Part shown: piece by piece, positions 23,746 through 37,739 of the stretch
How positions within the stretch are numbered: the first letter of the stretch is position 1
How the letters are laid out: each line of letters starts with the position of its first letter
Source: Bigelowiella natans CCMP2755
Lineage: Eukaryota; Protista; Cercozoa
Length of the DNA: 58,011 nt
NCBI GenBank assembly: GCA_000320545.1
Contig: ADNK01001207.1
Location: 1 to 58,011, forward strand
Direction: 5' to 3'
Position numbers and translations under genes: made by a program
Notes under the pieces: generated by a model
Databases searched by the model: none
The model's input: only the letters and a program-made list of their open reading frames with translations
What the model was told of the DNA's origin: nothing

Positions 23746-25959
23746 ATGGAATCTGCAACTTCTCGCTCCATATTCCTGGGCCTTCTTTGTGCTATTCTTT
23801 ATGCTTCCGAGGCGATCCAACAACCCGGAAGCTACCTTCAGTCTTCTGATAAGGCAAGGATGAAGGATTTTCTCCTGGGAACCTCCAAGACATCCACTGC
23901 GCAATCGTTCTTCGTTTCATCATCTTTGATGAAGCTCACGGGGTCAACGGATACAAAGAGCGCTTGCAAATCGATTTCATCAACCTTTTCCGATGATAGC
24001 ATTGAAGATATATACTACTCAGTAAAACTAGGTTGTAAAATCAAAATGACAACAAAGCGAATCTCCACAATTCAAACTGCTCTCGATGCTTCCGAAGCAT
24101 TCCCCCTGTACTTGGCTGCTTCAGCAGCGCACTTGTCGAAGACGGCATCCAAATTCAAGTTTGATAAGGCTAAGAAGACGTTGACTCTCCTAAAAAACAA
24201 AGATGGGTCGTTCAAAGCAACAAAAGATTCTGCCAAATCAGATGCAGCAAGCACTGCATTCGCTATGGCTGCTGCTTCTCTCCTAGATATGCCCAAAGAT
24301 AAATCTTCCCTAGCTGCTCTATTAAAGTTTGGGAAAAAGGTAGGTGGCGAATTATACTTCACGTCGCCTGGGCGTAATCGACTAGCCACCACATCTTTGG
24401 TTCTTGAAGTCGCTGTTACATATGGAATTGGAGAGGTAACACACAAAATATCATTATATCAAAAACATTTCAATTGATGCTTGTTTGTGGCACGGCCATG
24501 TCATGGAAGAAAGCACATCCGTATTGATTTGAAACTAGAGCTGATGAGGTGATAGAATCCTTGCCGCACACTTGCTAACGAAGATTTGTAACGTGTCGTC
24601 AGAAGGAACTTGCTGCCATCTCATCATTCCTCGTAGCCAGCAAGTATGTCCAGGACGCCGAGGATATCTACAACTTGCTGACCGCGCTTAATTCATGCTC
24701 TTCTAACGCCAAAGTTGCCCCGATCGTTCTCACGGTGGCGGACGGTGTAGCTGCTTCCACTGACGTGCTTGGAAACACGGTAAAGGCCGCTATCAAACCA
24801 ACGAAGGCCACTGATCGCAGCACTAAAAAGCCAGTCAGTATTCCGGAGAAAATGACTAATGGAAAGCTTCCATCTTTGAAGCCTGGTATTTACGACGTGG
24901 AGTTCGAGGTACGCATTCAGTTTTATCGCCTTATCAGTTCTAACGATGCTTGCATCAGGTGAAGCCTTCTTCAGGAAAGCAATCTGCCCGAACTACTAGT
25001 CGGATGGTGAAAAGTACAGCGTCGGTTAAGCCGAAATCTATAGCCTTGTACGTTGGTAAAAGCAGCAAGCTGTCTGGAAAGGAGGAAAAGTTTATCGCCA
25101 ACTTTCCCGCTACATTCTCAGAGGATATCCTAGCAGACGAATCAAAATATATCCTTTTTGTCAAGCTCAGCTTCGAAGGCAGCGGATTACAGGAGCAAGT
25201 TTTCTTGCAATTCAACCACGCGGGGAGTGGAAAGAGTGTCATATTCGTGATGAACCCAGGCAAGAAGACGTACAACTTGAAGCTGGTGAGTACTTTTACA
25301 GCATTTAGAATCTTTCCTGATGCCATCATCATTCACAACCGCTCAATAATTATTATATCGATTTTTTAGAATCTGGGATCGTCAGAATTCACCGAAAATG
25401 CGTTCGGACCAGGGACATACACCCTCAAAGTGCTCGTTGGGGGAGTGTTGCTGAAAGAATCGTTCAGTTGGACGTTGGGGGATATTGAGATAACCTGGCC
25501 ACCATCCACTCCTCAAAAGGTGGAAAATCCTCTGGCGAAGAAGAAGGAAATCCAGCACATCTTCAACGAACCTCCAAAGCAACCCAACTTCATGATTTCC
25601 CTGTTCTTTACGCTAGTATGCCTCTCTCCACTAGGAATCATCTACCATGGGGTAACTAAATCTGACGCAATTTCGTATGAAAAGTTGATATATAGATTAA
25701 TTTATGTTTTCGTATTTTACAGATCGGAGTTCTCGGAATGAAACTTGAATTGCCCTCCTCTCAGAAACTCTGGGCTATGGGCTTTCAATTGTCTCTCGCG
25801 TCGATTGTCGTTCTCAATCTATGTTACTTCTTGTTTTTGAATACGGTGGAAGCGCTTATTTGTTTGTGTGTGCTGTCGATACCGGCAGTGATCACTGGAA
25901 ATCAAGCACTAAATTACTTGAATACAATCCGCCAAAAGCGAAAACTGAAGGACGAGTAA
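23746..25959 (+). CDS. RPN2: Oligosaccharyltransferase subunit ribophorin II (Swp1); multi-exon
   Basis: N-terminal signal peptide, QEQVFLQF, KKEIQHIFNEPPKQP followed by three transmembrane segments, GNQAL and a basic C-tail KRKLKDE. Confidence 0.88.
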
Positions 25960-26099
25960 GGGGTTTGCATAGCATCGTCAAGTATCACATGCAATGAAAT
26001 TTCAAAGGTGGTAATATAAAAATTCCGTGCAAGGTTACAAATCGGCGAGAGGAATAGTTAAAAACATGTGTTTTGGCGTAAGGACACTCACACAATCAC

Positions 26100-27440
26100 A
26101 TACACATGACTTATGCGCGCTTACTTTGTATGTGTGTATGCATGTGCATCACAGCTGCCACAGCATGAAACAAAATGCATCTTCAAGTAGCCCAGCTAGC
26201 CAAGCGTGCGCACCTGCATGAGCCTACTAGCCTGCACATTTGTCTGCTGTGGCGTGCATTGCAGCGCGCTGCACTTCACATGCAGCGTGGATTCCTATCC
26301 TGACATTGATGGCTGGCTCAGCATTGATAGCTGGTCTAAAAATGGGCCATAAAAAACGACACGCTGAGGAAAATGTAATGTGTGAAGTTCAAAAAAATGC
26401 CTCCGTTGTCCTTCTCAGACATTCCTAGAGCCCCATGTGCGCAGGCTCTGGGGATTCCTACCTAATAGCATGCATGTCGTTCCTTGCAAAATGCAAGGCT
26501 GCAGGGGGTGCATCACGTGCTCCTCATCAACAGCTGATCAGTGAACAAGCTGCCAAATCCACAAATCTTGTTCCACCACCCTTGTTCCACCACCCTCTTT
26601 TCTCACAATGTCATTGTCATTGCAACATGTGAGCACCGTTTGTTGAGTTTTGTCATGTATACATGTTGTAGCCTGGACTGTTGCTTGCTCTACCCAATGG
26701 GTCTCGTTGAGCACTTTGAGGAGGCTGCTTCGGAGTGGAGCAGGGAACTAGAATCACACGATTTGATGCCATTGAGAACAATTCATCGATGAATGCTGAA
26801 GCGTACTCGTCCTGCAATGAATTTTCTTGTTTTGTCTCTACATCTACGGCATGCTTTTTCAGAGCAGAGCAGGCAAGATGATCTGGAATGCTCTCGGAAT
26901 CTGCCGGACGAACATGCAACAGAGGGATCCTTGTCAGGAGTCATCGGTCGAGAGGTTGCTGCATCCTCATCAAGGAGAAGGCAACGGCAATGGCTAGCCC
27001 GATCAAAGGCAGGCAAGCCTGCTTGCGACCTAGCTATGGCCATGTGCGATGCTGCGACATGGCGATGATGTGGCCCGCGCTGGGGGCGAGTGCATGTGCC
27101 AGGCTAGCAGGTGTGGTGGGACTGTCTAGCTGTCCTGGTGTCGTGCGTGCGCGACCGCTAGCCAGCCATCCGATCTAGCTCCAGAGCCTTCAGAGCTAGC
27201 TAGCAATCTGTCATGCCAGCACGCACTGTCTCTCTGCATCATGCATCCAGGCATGATGCGCACAGGGACACACGAGACAAAAACATTGGCTTTGAATGGT
27301 GCACCCAAAGCCAGCTGACACCAGTCAGCACGTGGTCTTTGCTGGGCTTCATCGGCTTTGTTCCAAAGTTTCTACGCTGTCCAGCTGTGACTCGCCAGCT
27401 TGAGCAGCATGACACTAGCTAGCACTAGCTAGCTAGCCAG
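26100..27440. other. CTAG/TGCA-rich island(s) downstream of RPN2, flanking ORF relics
   Basis: e.g. gagctagctagc, actagctagcactagctagctagcc (27414-27438). Confidence 0.75.
26653..27022 (-). pseudogene. Decayed ORF fragment of unknown origin
   Basis: About 120-codon minus-strand frame (ACLPLIGLAIAVAFSLMRMQQPLDR*LLTRIP...YNMYT*) interrupted by one TGA next to a CGA codon. No recognisable family. Confidence 0.25.
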
Positions 27441-27449
27441 GACACATCA

Positions 27450-27703
27450 TCATTCTCAAACAAAAACATGGAGGTCAAAACTTGATCAAGCTTTTTGAAA
27501 AGATCATCAAGGCAGCCCTCAAGAAACTTGTCAATTCCAGTTTTCTTGCCAATTTTCATGATTCAAGGATTGCAGGGTGGTCTCCAGGTCTGGTTGCACG
27601 TCCTAGCGTCGTTACCTTTGCCGCCAAAGGCTTCCGGGCCAGCAGGAGAACAAACAATGAGAACAATGATGATGAACTAGGGGAAAATCAAAGCGATTCT
27701 TAA
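27450..27703 (+). pseudogene. 5'-truncated ORF fragment, possibly the 3' end of a transposable element ORF
   Basis: Protein-like frame with no ATG (KQKHGGQNLIKLFEKIIKAALKKLVNSSFLANFHDSRIAG...DS*). It begins abruptly after a CTAG run and is CpG-poor in its 5' half. Confidence 0.25.
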
Positions 27704-27828
27704 CTCGCGACAGCCAAAAATCTGTTTCAACAATGCGACTATGATTTCAAACCGAATATTACTGCGCGACAACGTTTTCCTCCATTTTTTGATTGGCGAC
27801 AACGATCCTTTTCTTCACTCGCCGAACG

Positions 27829-29851
27829 ATGGAGCCGGCAGCACCCCCCTCTCGACCATTCGTTCTAATCCATCGTCCCTCACATATTTCCTCAGCATTC
27901 CATCAACAAAACAGGCCATCCATCCTAAAGGCATGTCTCTTAAGCGTGCTTCTCGCAGCAGCAGCATCCGCGATTTTCATCGGCATCAATTCAGGTAGGG
28001 GGGTAGGCAGATAAGAGCGTATTTCACTTCATCCTTAGAGACTCGTATACTGGAGTAATTCTCATATATTTAATGGTTCCAATACTGCAGATCGGACTAA
28101 ATTAGCGAGCCAGTCGCTTGTTAGCCGTAACGCGGTCATAGAAAGGATATTTCCAGGTGTTGTTCTTCACTTTCATCTTCTCGAAACTAGTTTTACATGT
28201 AGTATACATGTATTTTATATTTGTAACAAAAACGTAAAATCGATACTCTCTCTAGGAATAGGAAATCAGCGGTGGCAAAGATGGAGCGCCAAGGCTGGGA
28301 GGGGAATGGAAGTTAGCTCATCGGGCCGTGTCAAGCGGGTTATCAGGAAGAAGAGCGCAGAGCCCGAGGCCCCCACTTTGTCTCTTAAGGTAATGAGTGA
28401 TAATAGATCTTATAGACAGATACATGTATATGTACATCATGGAACTTTTCCTATTTGTCGTCCAATTTACAAAACGGCATTCAAATCGAACTTTAAGACC
28501 CAACTTTGCCGAAACATATCCCATCAGGAACGACTAGCGTTGAAGGCACAGAAGCTAAGAGAAGCACAGCAGGTGATACTACCGAAGTGGGAGCACATAA
28601 TATGTACACAACTATTTTGTGTAAATGCGGTGGGAATCAACGGAGGCGATGATAACATCGAGTTCATTATCTCACAGGCTGAAGATGAGGAGTACGCAGC
28701 CCAGGACGAATCGAAACTTAACGTAATAATAATATAATACGAGGCATGGAATATAAAACATGATTATGTCTCATCTAGACTGCAAATGCTGCACGCGTAA
28801 GATTGGACGGCTTGTCGAATTCCACAAAACGTATACCTACTATATACATGTGCGCTCAAAGCTATGTTTTTGCTAGATCAAACCGCGCGCCCCTGTGGTA
28901 ACGATTATGGGGCACGTAGACCACGGGAAAACAACGCTATTGGACTTCCTCCGCAAATCAAAGGTAGGGAATATCCTAGCTATTCACTCAACGTTTACAC
29001 GATGCATACATTGCATCTGCAATACCATCAAAGATATGCTCTAATCCGTAGTACTTTTTCCACCATGATTGTTGTTCTTCAAATCGCTCAGGTGGCTTCG
29101 GGTGAAGCTGGTGGTATTACGCAGGCAGTTGGAGCCTATCAGGTGCGGTGTTTCGTTGTATTAACGGTGATAAACATTGTGCTTTTGCAAGTCTCGAATC
29201 GACGATACGACGAACGGCAACTCACTTCGCTATTCTCGGAACCCCGTGTCGCAAATGTTATGTTGTAGTCGGTGGTCATCCTCGTTTCGCGCACTCACTT
29301 GCTTGCCCCTATTCTCTCTCCCCCCCCCTCAGGTTAAGACAGATCATGGGCTCATTACGTTCCTAGACACGCCTGGCCATGAAGCTTTCTCTTCCATGAG
29401 AGGTACTGACTCCCCGTATCCTTCTGTGTGTCTTCTGCGCGAGGGGGGGCATTGAGTAGTAGAAAGTAGTCAGTAGTAAGCTCGCTGAAGAATATCTATA
29501 CTCTAGCCCAGTTTTAAGCTCGTCTCTCTCCTCTGTCCTTTCGTCACTCACCACGTGTTGTCTTCTCTATCAGAGAGGGGCGCAAGGGCAACGGATATCG
29601 TCGTTCTTGTGGTTGCAGCCGACGACGGACGTAAGTCATCGCCCATGCACACATACACGCACAAATGCACAAACGCCTAGAGAAACAGGGGGGAGTGGGG
29701 GGGGGGGGGTACAGCAGAAGTTCACATGGCAGCGATATGATTCCGCCCATTCCTGGCGTTATTAACATGCAGCAAAAGAGCAGACCATTGAATCGATACG
29801 GCAAGCACAAGAAGCGAAAGTGCCCATAGTAGTCGCTATATCTAAGGTTGT

Positions 29852-29909
<58 letters not shown>

Positions 29910-30363
29910 ACAGCATAGAATTCGTCTCCATCAACAAATAATACTCGAATACCTTTGGCTGAAAAAAAATATAGCGATGGATCTCCATGCAGCAGTAATG
30001 CCGTTTTTCTATGCCAAAGCTGTTTTTAAGCCGCATCTTTCCATAACTCCCCCCCCCTCCTCCTCTCTAGGTTGATAAGCCTGAATCTAATGTGGAGTCT
30101 GTCAAGCAACAGGTGGGTTTCAAACACGCTGTACCATCCAAAAAAGAAGCATAGTGACGATGATGGCGATAAGGGGTGCTAACAACAGGCGCTCGAAGCG
30201 TTTTTTTAAAGGGAAGGATCAAGTGTCATAAACCATCTTTAGAGGAGATTAGAAAGAGAGAAGGAGAGAGAGAGGGAGAGAGAGCACTTCTACGCTGTAT
30301 AATGATGACCTTATTGCCCAGGACGAGTAATATATGTTTTCAGCTTGCTTGTCGAGAAGAAGC

Positions 30364-30401
<38 letters not shown>

Positions 30402-30582
30402 GTAGCACCCTCGAAAGAGAACTTACTCACCGACCCCATTTTCCCACGATTTCCTCCACCCTCTGATAGTTGATGAACTACGACATTATGCCCGAGGAAT
30501 GGGGAGGGGATAACTTAATTTCGGAAATCTCCGCCAAGGTAGGCTTTTTTTTCCGTTGTGTAGATAGAAAGGTATCACAAAG

Positions 30583-30650
<68 letters not shown>

Positions 30651-32821
30651 TGTGTTTTCGAGTGAGTACTTGCGTCGCCGTGTGACTCTCCCACAGAAGT
30701 ATGAAGCTACTGCTGAATTCCTACCCTCCAACATATGGGATTCGTCTGAGACTAACAGCATGTTATTTCGACATCCCCCCCCCCCCCTCCCATTCCAATT
30801 CTGCTTCTCCTCTTCTCACAGTCTGGGGCCGGAGTGGACGGGTTGCTGGACAATATCCTTCTCCAGGCGGAGATTCTCGAGTGCACAGCTCCCACCGACG
30901 GGCAGGTGAGAGGTGTTGTGGTGGAATCACGCATGGACAAGTACCGCGGCCCCATCACCACTCTCCTTGTGCAATCTGGAACCCTCAAGAAAGGCTCGGT
31001 CATCCTTGCTGGCGCGGAGTATGGAAAGGTTCCGAGATTTGCGAGGAAGGGAAGGGGAGAGTGGGGGAGGGGGGGGGGGGGGGGGAGGTTGATGAAATCG
31101 CATTTTTGTCATCATCGTGATGATCGCGAATGAACGCGTTTGCAACTTGCAAATATTGGCAGGTCCGCAACCTGTTGGACGACGAGCAGAAGCAGATCAA
31201 GGCCGCAGGGCCGGGGACACCGGTGGAGGTGCTCGGCCTCTCAGGCTGTACGCGCTCCGGAGACCTTGTCCTCGGATTCAAGAACGAGAAGGAGGCCAAA
31301 CAGATCTCTGCGAAGAGGCAGAAGGACAACACCGAAGTCAACTTGAGGCAGAACGAGCTGGACCCCAAAGCCCTCTTCGCGCAGTTCAATAAGAAGTCTC
31401 ACGATGTTCAGTACATCGTCCGCGCTGATACGCATGGAAGCTTGGAGGTAATTCACTGTGTGTGTGTGTGCGCGCGCGCGCGCGCGCCCGGGGGGGCGCG
31501 ACGGAATCGTCTTTCCCAAAGGTGGTGCTAGTGCTTTGCAAAGGACGAGGTTTCGGGGGGGAAGAGTCCCTACTCTTCCGAGTAATCAGAAGCTATTTGT
31601 GGATGAACGCTTTTAATGATGGTTGCATGCACGCACCTCTTGCTGTTCTCCTTAGGCGCTGACATTGCTCCTCGACCAAATGAACAACGAATGGATTAAC
31701 ATCAAGATCTTAAACACAGGCGTCGGTATGATAAAATCCTCCATGCATAGATGATGTGTCCATAGATGATGTGTCCAAAGGAACATGCTTACTTCCTTGC
31801 CCTCCCAAAAACAAAAAAAATCCATCAAAATTTTCTGCTCCGTGGTTTTTCCATGACTGCTACTTTGCTCCTGCCCCCCCCTCCCCCCCCCCAGGCCCCA
31901 TAAGCACTTCCGAGTGTGAAATGGCGGCGATAACGAACGCGATAGTCGTGGGTTTCAACGTTGACCCTCAGCCTGCTGCAGAGAAAGTCATTCGGTAAGA
32001 ATCTAAGACGAGAGTTCTCCTTATCCGTCCCCCTTGCATTGAAGCACAGTTTATGGCGTATCGTCATTCCCCTTATTCATCCTGCTGCTTCTTGATTAGG
32101 GAGAAGAACGTTGTCGCTGTTCACGGTCCTGTGATTTATGACGTGCTAGACCGCCTCAAGGTAATACGCCGGCGATGCAGGCACTTTGCCTTTGTTAACT
32201 ACTCTCTCGCAGTGAGGAAGATTACGATGAATACTGTCTTGTGACACGCTTAAGATCGTTGTGCAGAAGCCGGGACTATCAGCATTTTTCGATGCGAAAT
32301 CTAGATTCCTCTTGATGATGATGGACAATCTATCTTCCATCTCGTGGGAATAATACGCGTCTCTCACCCCCTCCTCCCTGCTATCATTGTTATTCCACAA
32401 CTGGCATGAATCGACGATTCCCCAAACATCAACTCTGATATCAGCTACTGTCGCCTTGACGCTGCTGCAATGTGATGGTGATTTATTGTAGGTGGAAACG
32501 GTGCGAAAGGTCGACTTACCAAAGGTGGAGGAACAGCGCGGCCGCGCGGCTGTGAAAGCGACTTTCCTCGGAAAGAAGCGCATGCTTGTCGCTGGATGCG
32601 AAGTGGTGGAGGGAGAGATGCAAGTGGACACTGTGCTCCGCGTTGTGAGGAAAGGAGAAGTCATTTTCGAGGGAGAGATCAACTCCCTCCGCGTCGTCAA
32701 GGATGAGGTTGAAAAGGTGGAAGAAGGCAACGAGTGCGGTATTTTGGTGGAAGGATTCAAGGACGTGAAGGAGGGCGATGAGATTTTAAGTGTTGCGATG
32801 GTGGACCCCATCGTGTACTAG
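27829..32821 (+). CDS. infB: Organellar (probably plastid) translation initiation factor IF-2; many exons
   Basis: [108 protein letters not shown]-terminal hydrophobic stretch [17 protein letters not shown] followed by an R/S-rich region. Confidence 0.93.
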
Positions 32822-33169
32822 AATAGCTAGCTGAGGAAAACGCTAAAAAGGGGCGGAGGGGGGGGGGGGGCAGCAACCAATAGAAAGACGAAGAAATACG
32901 GCGAAAATGTGAATAGATGCGTCGATCTCCACCACAGAGAATCGACGTCAACGTCGGGTTTTAATTTTGACTCTCGAGCTGTCACGATATACGTTCGCAG
33001 AAAAAACAGAGAATTAAAGAAACTTGCATACTTGTTTGGAATGAAAAGAGGTCGCATTACTGCTCCAAGTGAAACATTGTGCAAACCGCCATCATATTTG
33101 TCAAGATGTAGGAGCGCAGGGGATATAATTCAATTTGATTGACAATAATAATAACAACGTCACGGTCTA

Positions 33170-33660
33170 CCAGTACTAGCTGGATTAGCTCATGCATGTT
33201 GCACATACCTAGCTAGCTAGATACGTGCATTGCTAGATTGCTAGATTGGTACATGCTAGCATGTGGCGAGGTCCTAGCTAGCTAGCGCCGTGTGTGCATT
33301 TGCATGTCGGCAGTAAGACAGGCGTCAATGCGATGCGTGACGCGCAGCTAGATAGCTAGACATACGATTCTTACACATTACATATTGGAAAATTCAGCTG
33401 TCGCGCTGCTTTTGCTGTTAGACTACCTCTTCAGCAGTCTACAGCGTGCATTGAGCGTGCATGCTAGCATGTTGCGGCATTATTAGGCTACGATGCGCTA
33501 GACGATGTACATCTGGACATGTTAGCTAGTTAGACTCGTAGGGGGGGGTTGACGCGGCCACACTACGATGCTACCATGATGCATTGTCAGTACGCTACTC
33601 CTCCATTTTATACATAAACGTTTTTGTTAGCTCCATGCTAATGCTATCACACTGTACGAT
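33170..33660. other. CTAG/TGCA-rich island between convergent IF-2 and hypothetical gene
   Basis: e.g. cctagctagctagata, gcatgctagcatg. Confidence 0.85.
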
Positions 33661-35352
33661 ACGCCACGATGCGATTCCCATCTTGCATCTTCGGGACAAA
33701 TAAGTATCCAGATGTTGGCTAGCCCCGCAGCACATACACGCTCCTATACCGGTCGCGTTCATAACTGGACTTAATGTGCTTACCTTTTATTTTTCGCTGC
33801 ATTTCCACCACTTTTACTCCTGCTCCGTTGCGGTGCCGTACCTCCGCTGCTTTCGCCAACGGATACGATAGGAATCCCCATCGCTTCAAGAGCTCTAAGT
33901 GCTTCCGCACCTGCTGTGCTGCCACCGGGGACTGCTGCAGGTGCTCCTGGTATTATATCTTCGCCGCCCTCATAATCCTCGTTATCGTGCTCCTGGTCGC
34001 TCTCCACTTCTACATATCTTTTCCTAGGCTTTCCCATCGAGCTCCTACGCGACCTGCGCAGCACTCCATTGGCTGCCTTCTTGCCGCCGCCGCCGCCGTC
34101 GTTATTAAAGGTTGGAGATGATAATAAATCAGAATGTGGGGAAGCCATGTCCCCGCCGACTTTCCTCCTACCAGTGTCCCCCCTCCTCATTTTATTGCTG
34201 CCGCCAGGACTGGTGCTACTACTAGAACTGCTGCTGTGTCTTTTCATGCCTCGAGTTTGCTGCTGTTTTCCATCCATGCTACCGCGGTGGTGATAACCGT
34301 TATTCGTGCTAGTCGATATCTTTGAGTCACTCGCCGCTTCATTTGCCATACTACCACTTCCATGCCGCCTTTGGAAGCTTTTCTTCCCGTTGCTCATTCC
34401 TCCATTGACACTGCTGCTACTGGTCGCGTCGATACTTCCTTTTCTTTTCGTATGCTTTCTGCCCCCGCCCCCCCCCCTGTTGCTGACTGTTGCAGCACCT
34501 CCACGAGACTTCTGATCTTTTTCGCCTTTAAATACCCGACGAGACGTCGACCAGAACTCACCCCCCACACCATTGCTTTTGATCGCCAGGTTACCTGCAG
34601 AACTGCGCGGGGTGGTGGGGTAGCACGCCCCAGAAGGCTGGGCTTCTCTCAGGGCCGCAGCGCTTGCTTGTTCAATTCCTTCTGTCTTATTTCTGAGATT
34701 TCCGTTGTCTTTTGCATCAGAATCGCCCATCCCAGCCTGCTCATCCTCGCCAGGAAATTCTGGATTTCCGCGAAAGTCGGAGATGGTAGGAAGCAAGTTT
34801 CCGTCGCCATGAAGATGCAGCGGTACGTCAGCTTCCTCTTGTTGCGCGGAGGCGTAGTTATACTCGGTGATTGACTTATCCCGGAACATCGCCGGAGCTT
34901 CGATTTCGGGGATAGATTTGCTACGAGGACCTAGGATTGCTGGGTCGAACACGTCAAATCCCTCCGCCTTCCCGACCTGATTCGTTTCGATTCATGTTAG
35001 TGTAAAGGCTCGAAAGCTATTCTAGCATGTTCTAGCGGATCGCACGAGAAGTGTAGCGAGACAAGGTGCTATGGTTGTGCGTCGGAACGAGGTTTTTTAA
35101 TTTTTCTAACACGAATAGACAAAATTAAATCAAAGCTACACACATATCCTCCACAGTCGACCTACATGGCCACTCGTTCATGCACACTTCATGTCTCATC
35201 ACCAGGGATGTTTCCCGCCGCATAGGCGGCGCTGCCTTTATGAGAGGGGGGAGAGATGACAGCTGGGGTTTCGTCCTTTGCTTAGAAATGGTAAGTCCCT
35301 TGGATGCATCGTTTGAATTGGGGTCGATATTTGGTGTACGCTGCCTCTTCAT
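33648..35352 (-). CDS. Hypothetical low-complexity (G/S/K/R-rich) protein, probably nuclear; ~3 exons
   Basis: First exon MKRQRTP... (35352-~35188), a large open exon 34977-33783 with basic NLS-like clusters, a gtaag donor at ~33782 and a short terminal exon. Confidence 0.6.
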
Positions 35353-36187
35353 TTTCCCGGTGAAGAAGGATACGGGATGACTAATCTCTAGAAGTACGAG
35401 ATTCCTAGATAAGGGGAAACGACCATATCGGACCGGCATCATTACTTTCGTGCCAAATAGAATGAAGTGAATTTTTCTGTGTATCGAGAGTCGTATTGCA
35501 GGCGAGAGTGTGTGTATGTGTCGGTTACGATCACACGTGTGCACAATGGTGGTCTATGCATGATATAAAATAAGAAATGACGATCCGCGAAGGCATGCCA
35601 CTGCACATACGCACAGAGAATACAGCATCCGCGTTTTTCTCATAAGCCTATCGCGCCGCATTCATTTGACACCAGCACATCACCAAATATGTTGTACACA
35701 TCATCCAATGCAACCCCACCCCACTTGGGAGAAAATTATTCAGGTCAGACTGCTACTTTTTTGCGATCTATATATAATGAAATGCAATGCATTCTAATTC
35801 TACGTCTATCAACAACTCAACGGGAAAGCAGGCATTGCAGTTCGACCGAGAAGGAGATTCAACACAAGCCAAAGCTGAGACAATGCAACAGCAAAACACT
35901 CTGTTGTTGCGAGTGTTATTTGGTGGGCAAAATTTGGTACTTTTCCTATAGATGTTTTACCAATAGATGTAGGGGCCCAGCTCTAAATCTCTAATCAGGT
36001 CTCTGCTCAAGGGGATATTTTTCCCTGCCGGCGATGAAATGCAGTCTATTTAGTATAATAATCGCACTATTTTATTGTCGTAACTGTAAAATACAAAGCT
36101 TTTTTCGAATAGCCAACAACAGCAACTCGAGCGAAATAAGCAGGAAAACTTTGAACAGAACCAGAACAGAAGATATCGACAGAATCA

Positions 36188-37158
36188 ATGGGAAACAAAG
36201 GGAGTAAGGCGAAGCGAGCAGCTAAGGTGAGGACCATACGATTTGCAAGCAGGGTTGCTAATTCTCTTCGGGCATGGTTGGTTTGTTCGGGCACGAAACC
36301 CCAAAGGGCCACACTTAGTAAAAAATGGGAAATATTCGTGATAGAATGTTTTCGCCTTTCAAGTCTCCCATTTCTCCCAGTTCTTGAGTGCAAGGCTGTG
36401 ACTCATGTGTCTGGACTGTAATTCTGACGATGGGTTTTGCTAGTACTTGACGAATTGGCATGTTCACTATTGTCACAGAATAAGGACAAAGATGAGGACA
36501 GCAAGTCCTCGAGAGCCTCCACCGCTGCTACAACCAACCAAAGGAGCAATACCTCGGCTACGAAACCTAAACCTAATCCCAAAAAGGTTGCTTTTGTTTT
36601 GTTACATTATTTTCGTATCGCTGTCAATGCCTTTATTATTGAAGAAATATCTGAGTCAGTTTTCTACAAACAAGCCCCAGGTAACAACGTCAACAAAGAA
36701 AAAGGAAAAACCGGAAAAAATGGAAGAATCTGAGATCGACGATCCAAACCCTGGAAAATCTCCTCTGGAGAGACTATTGTAATGCAACGAATGAGATACT
36801 TCTGTTTCTTCTTTATGAGCGTTTGTGTCACCAAATGAACCCGGGGAGTTGCTCAGAATATGCAGTTGCACGGATGATATTGTAATTAAGATATGATGGA
36901 TGGTTCAGGTGGGAAATCAGACTCAGTGAGTACTACAAAGGGCTTGCCAAAGCAGGGTTTGTGATTACCTTTAGAATAGAAGCAAATATAATTTTAAGAC
37001 GCGTCGTATTTGTCGGTTCCTTGTCATCCCCAGCAACACCTGCATATACCATTACAACATCCTGATGCAGGTTTGATAATGACCTGAAGAAGATCACAGA
37101 TAAGGCTAAGGATGAGGACGGGTTTGAAAATATGTGCAGTAAGGTTGACACAACATAA
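36188..37158 (+). CDS. Small multi-exon protein with N-myristoylation-like start and possible SAM-like C-terminus
   Basis: MGNKGSKAKRAAK|gtgag followed by K/S/T-rich exons. The later exons read LERL..WEIRLSEYYKGLAKAG-FDNDLKKIT, reminiscent of a SAM helix pattern. 3' end uncertain. Confidence 0.5.
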
Positions 37159-37739
37159 ATGCATAGCGAACATTAGATTAATAATACCAAGTGTCAGAAA
37201 TCGTGATGATTCGGAAAATGACATAGAAATTATGGAGAATACGCAATTATTGACTCAATAACGCTTTTGAGGGAAAACTGTGATGCCGTCTATGAAGTAT
37301 TGCATTTGATGAAAGAGGGGGAGAGAGAGACAGAGAGACGGAGAAATCGTCATCACTTTCGTCGCCGCTATGCTGTTGGCTGATACTATATTTAGGTTGG
37401 AATGAAAGCAGGACATATTCACAAGCTGAGGTTAGCGCTCTTAGATTCTTCATATCCGTAGTACAGATATGTCCATAGAGTGTTACCCCATCACGTACGA
37501 ATGATCGCAAGCAAATCATAAGAAATTTGCGCGTGTTGGTCGATATTGCGGGTGAGGGATAGAGTCAACTTGATAAGAGATTAAGAACTCAACTGTATTA
37601 GTTGTGGATAATATGATGGAGTGAATACTTGTTTTTTGGTCTTTGCAAAAGTAATGAGGTGTATGCTTGAGCTTCATTACGTCGTAATTTAGTTGCTGAT
37701 ACACACATGTCCAGTATCTCATATACACGATATCACGTA

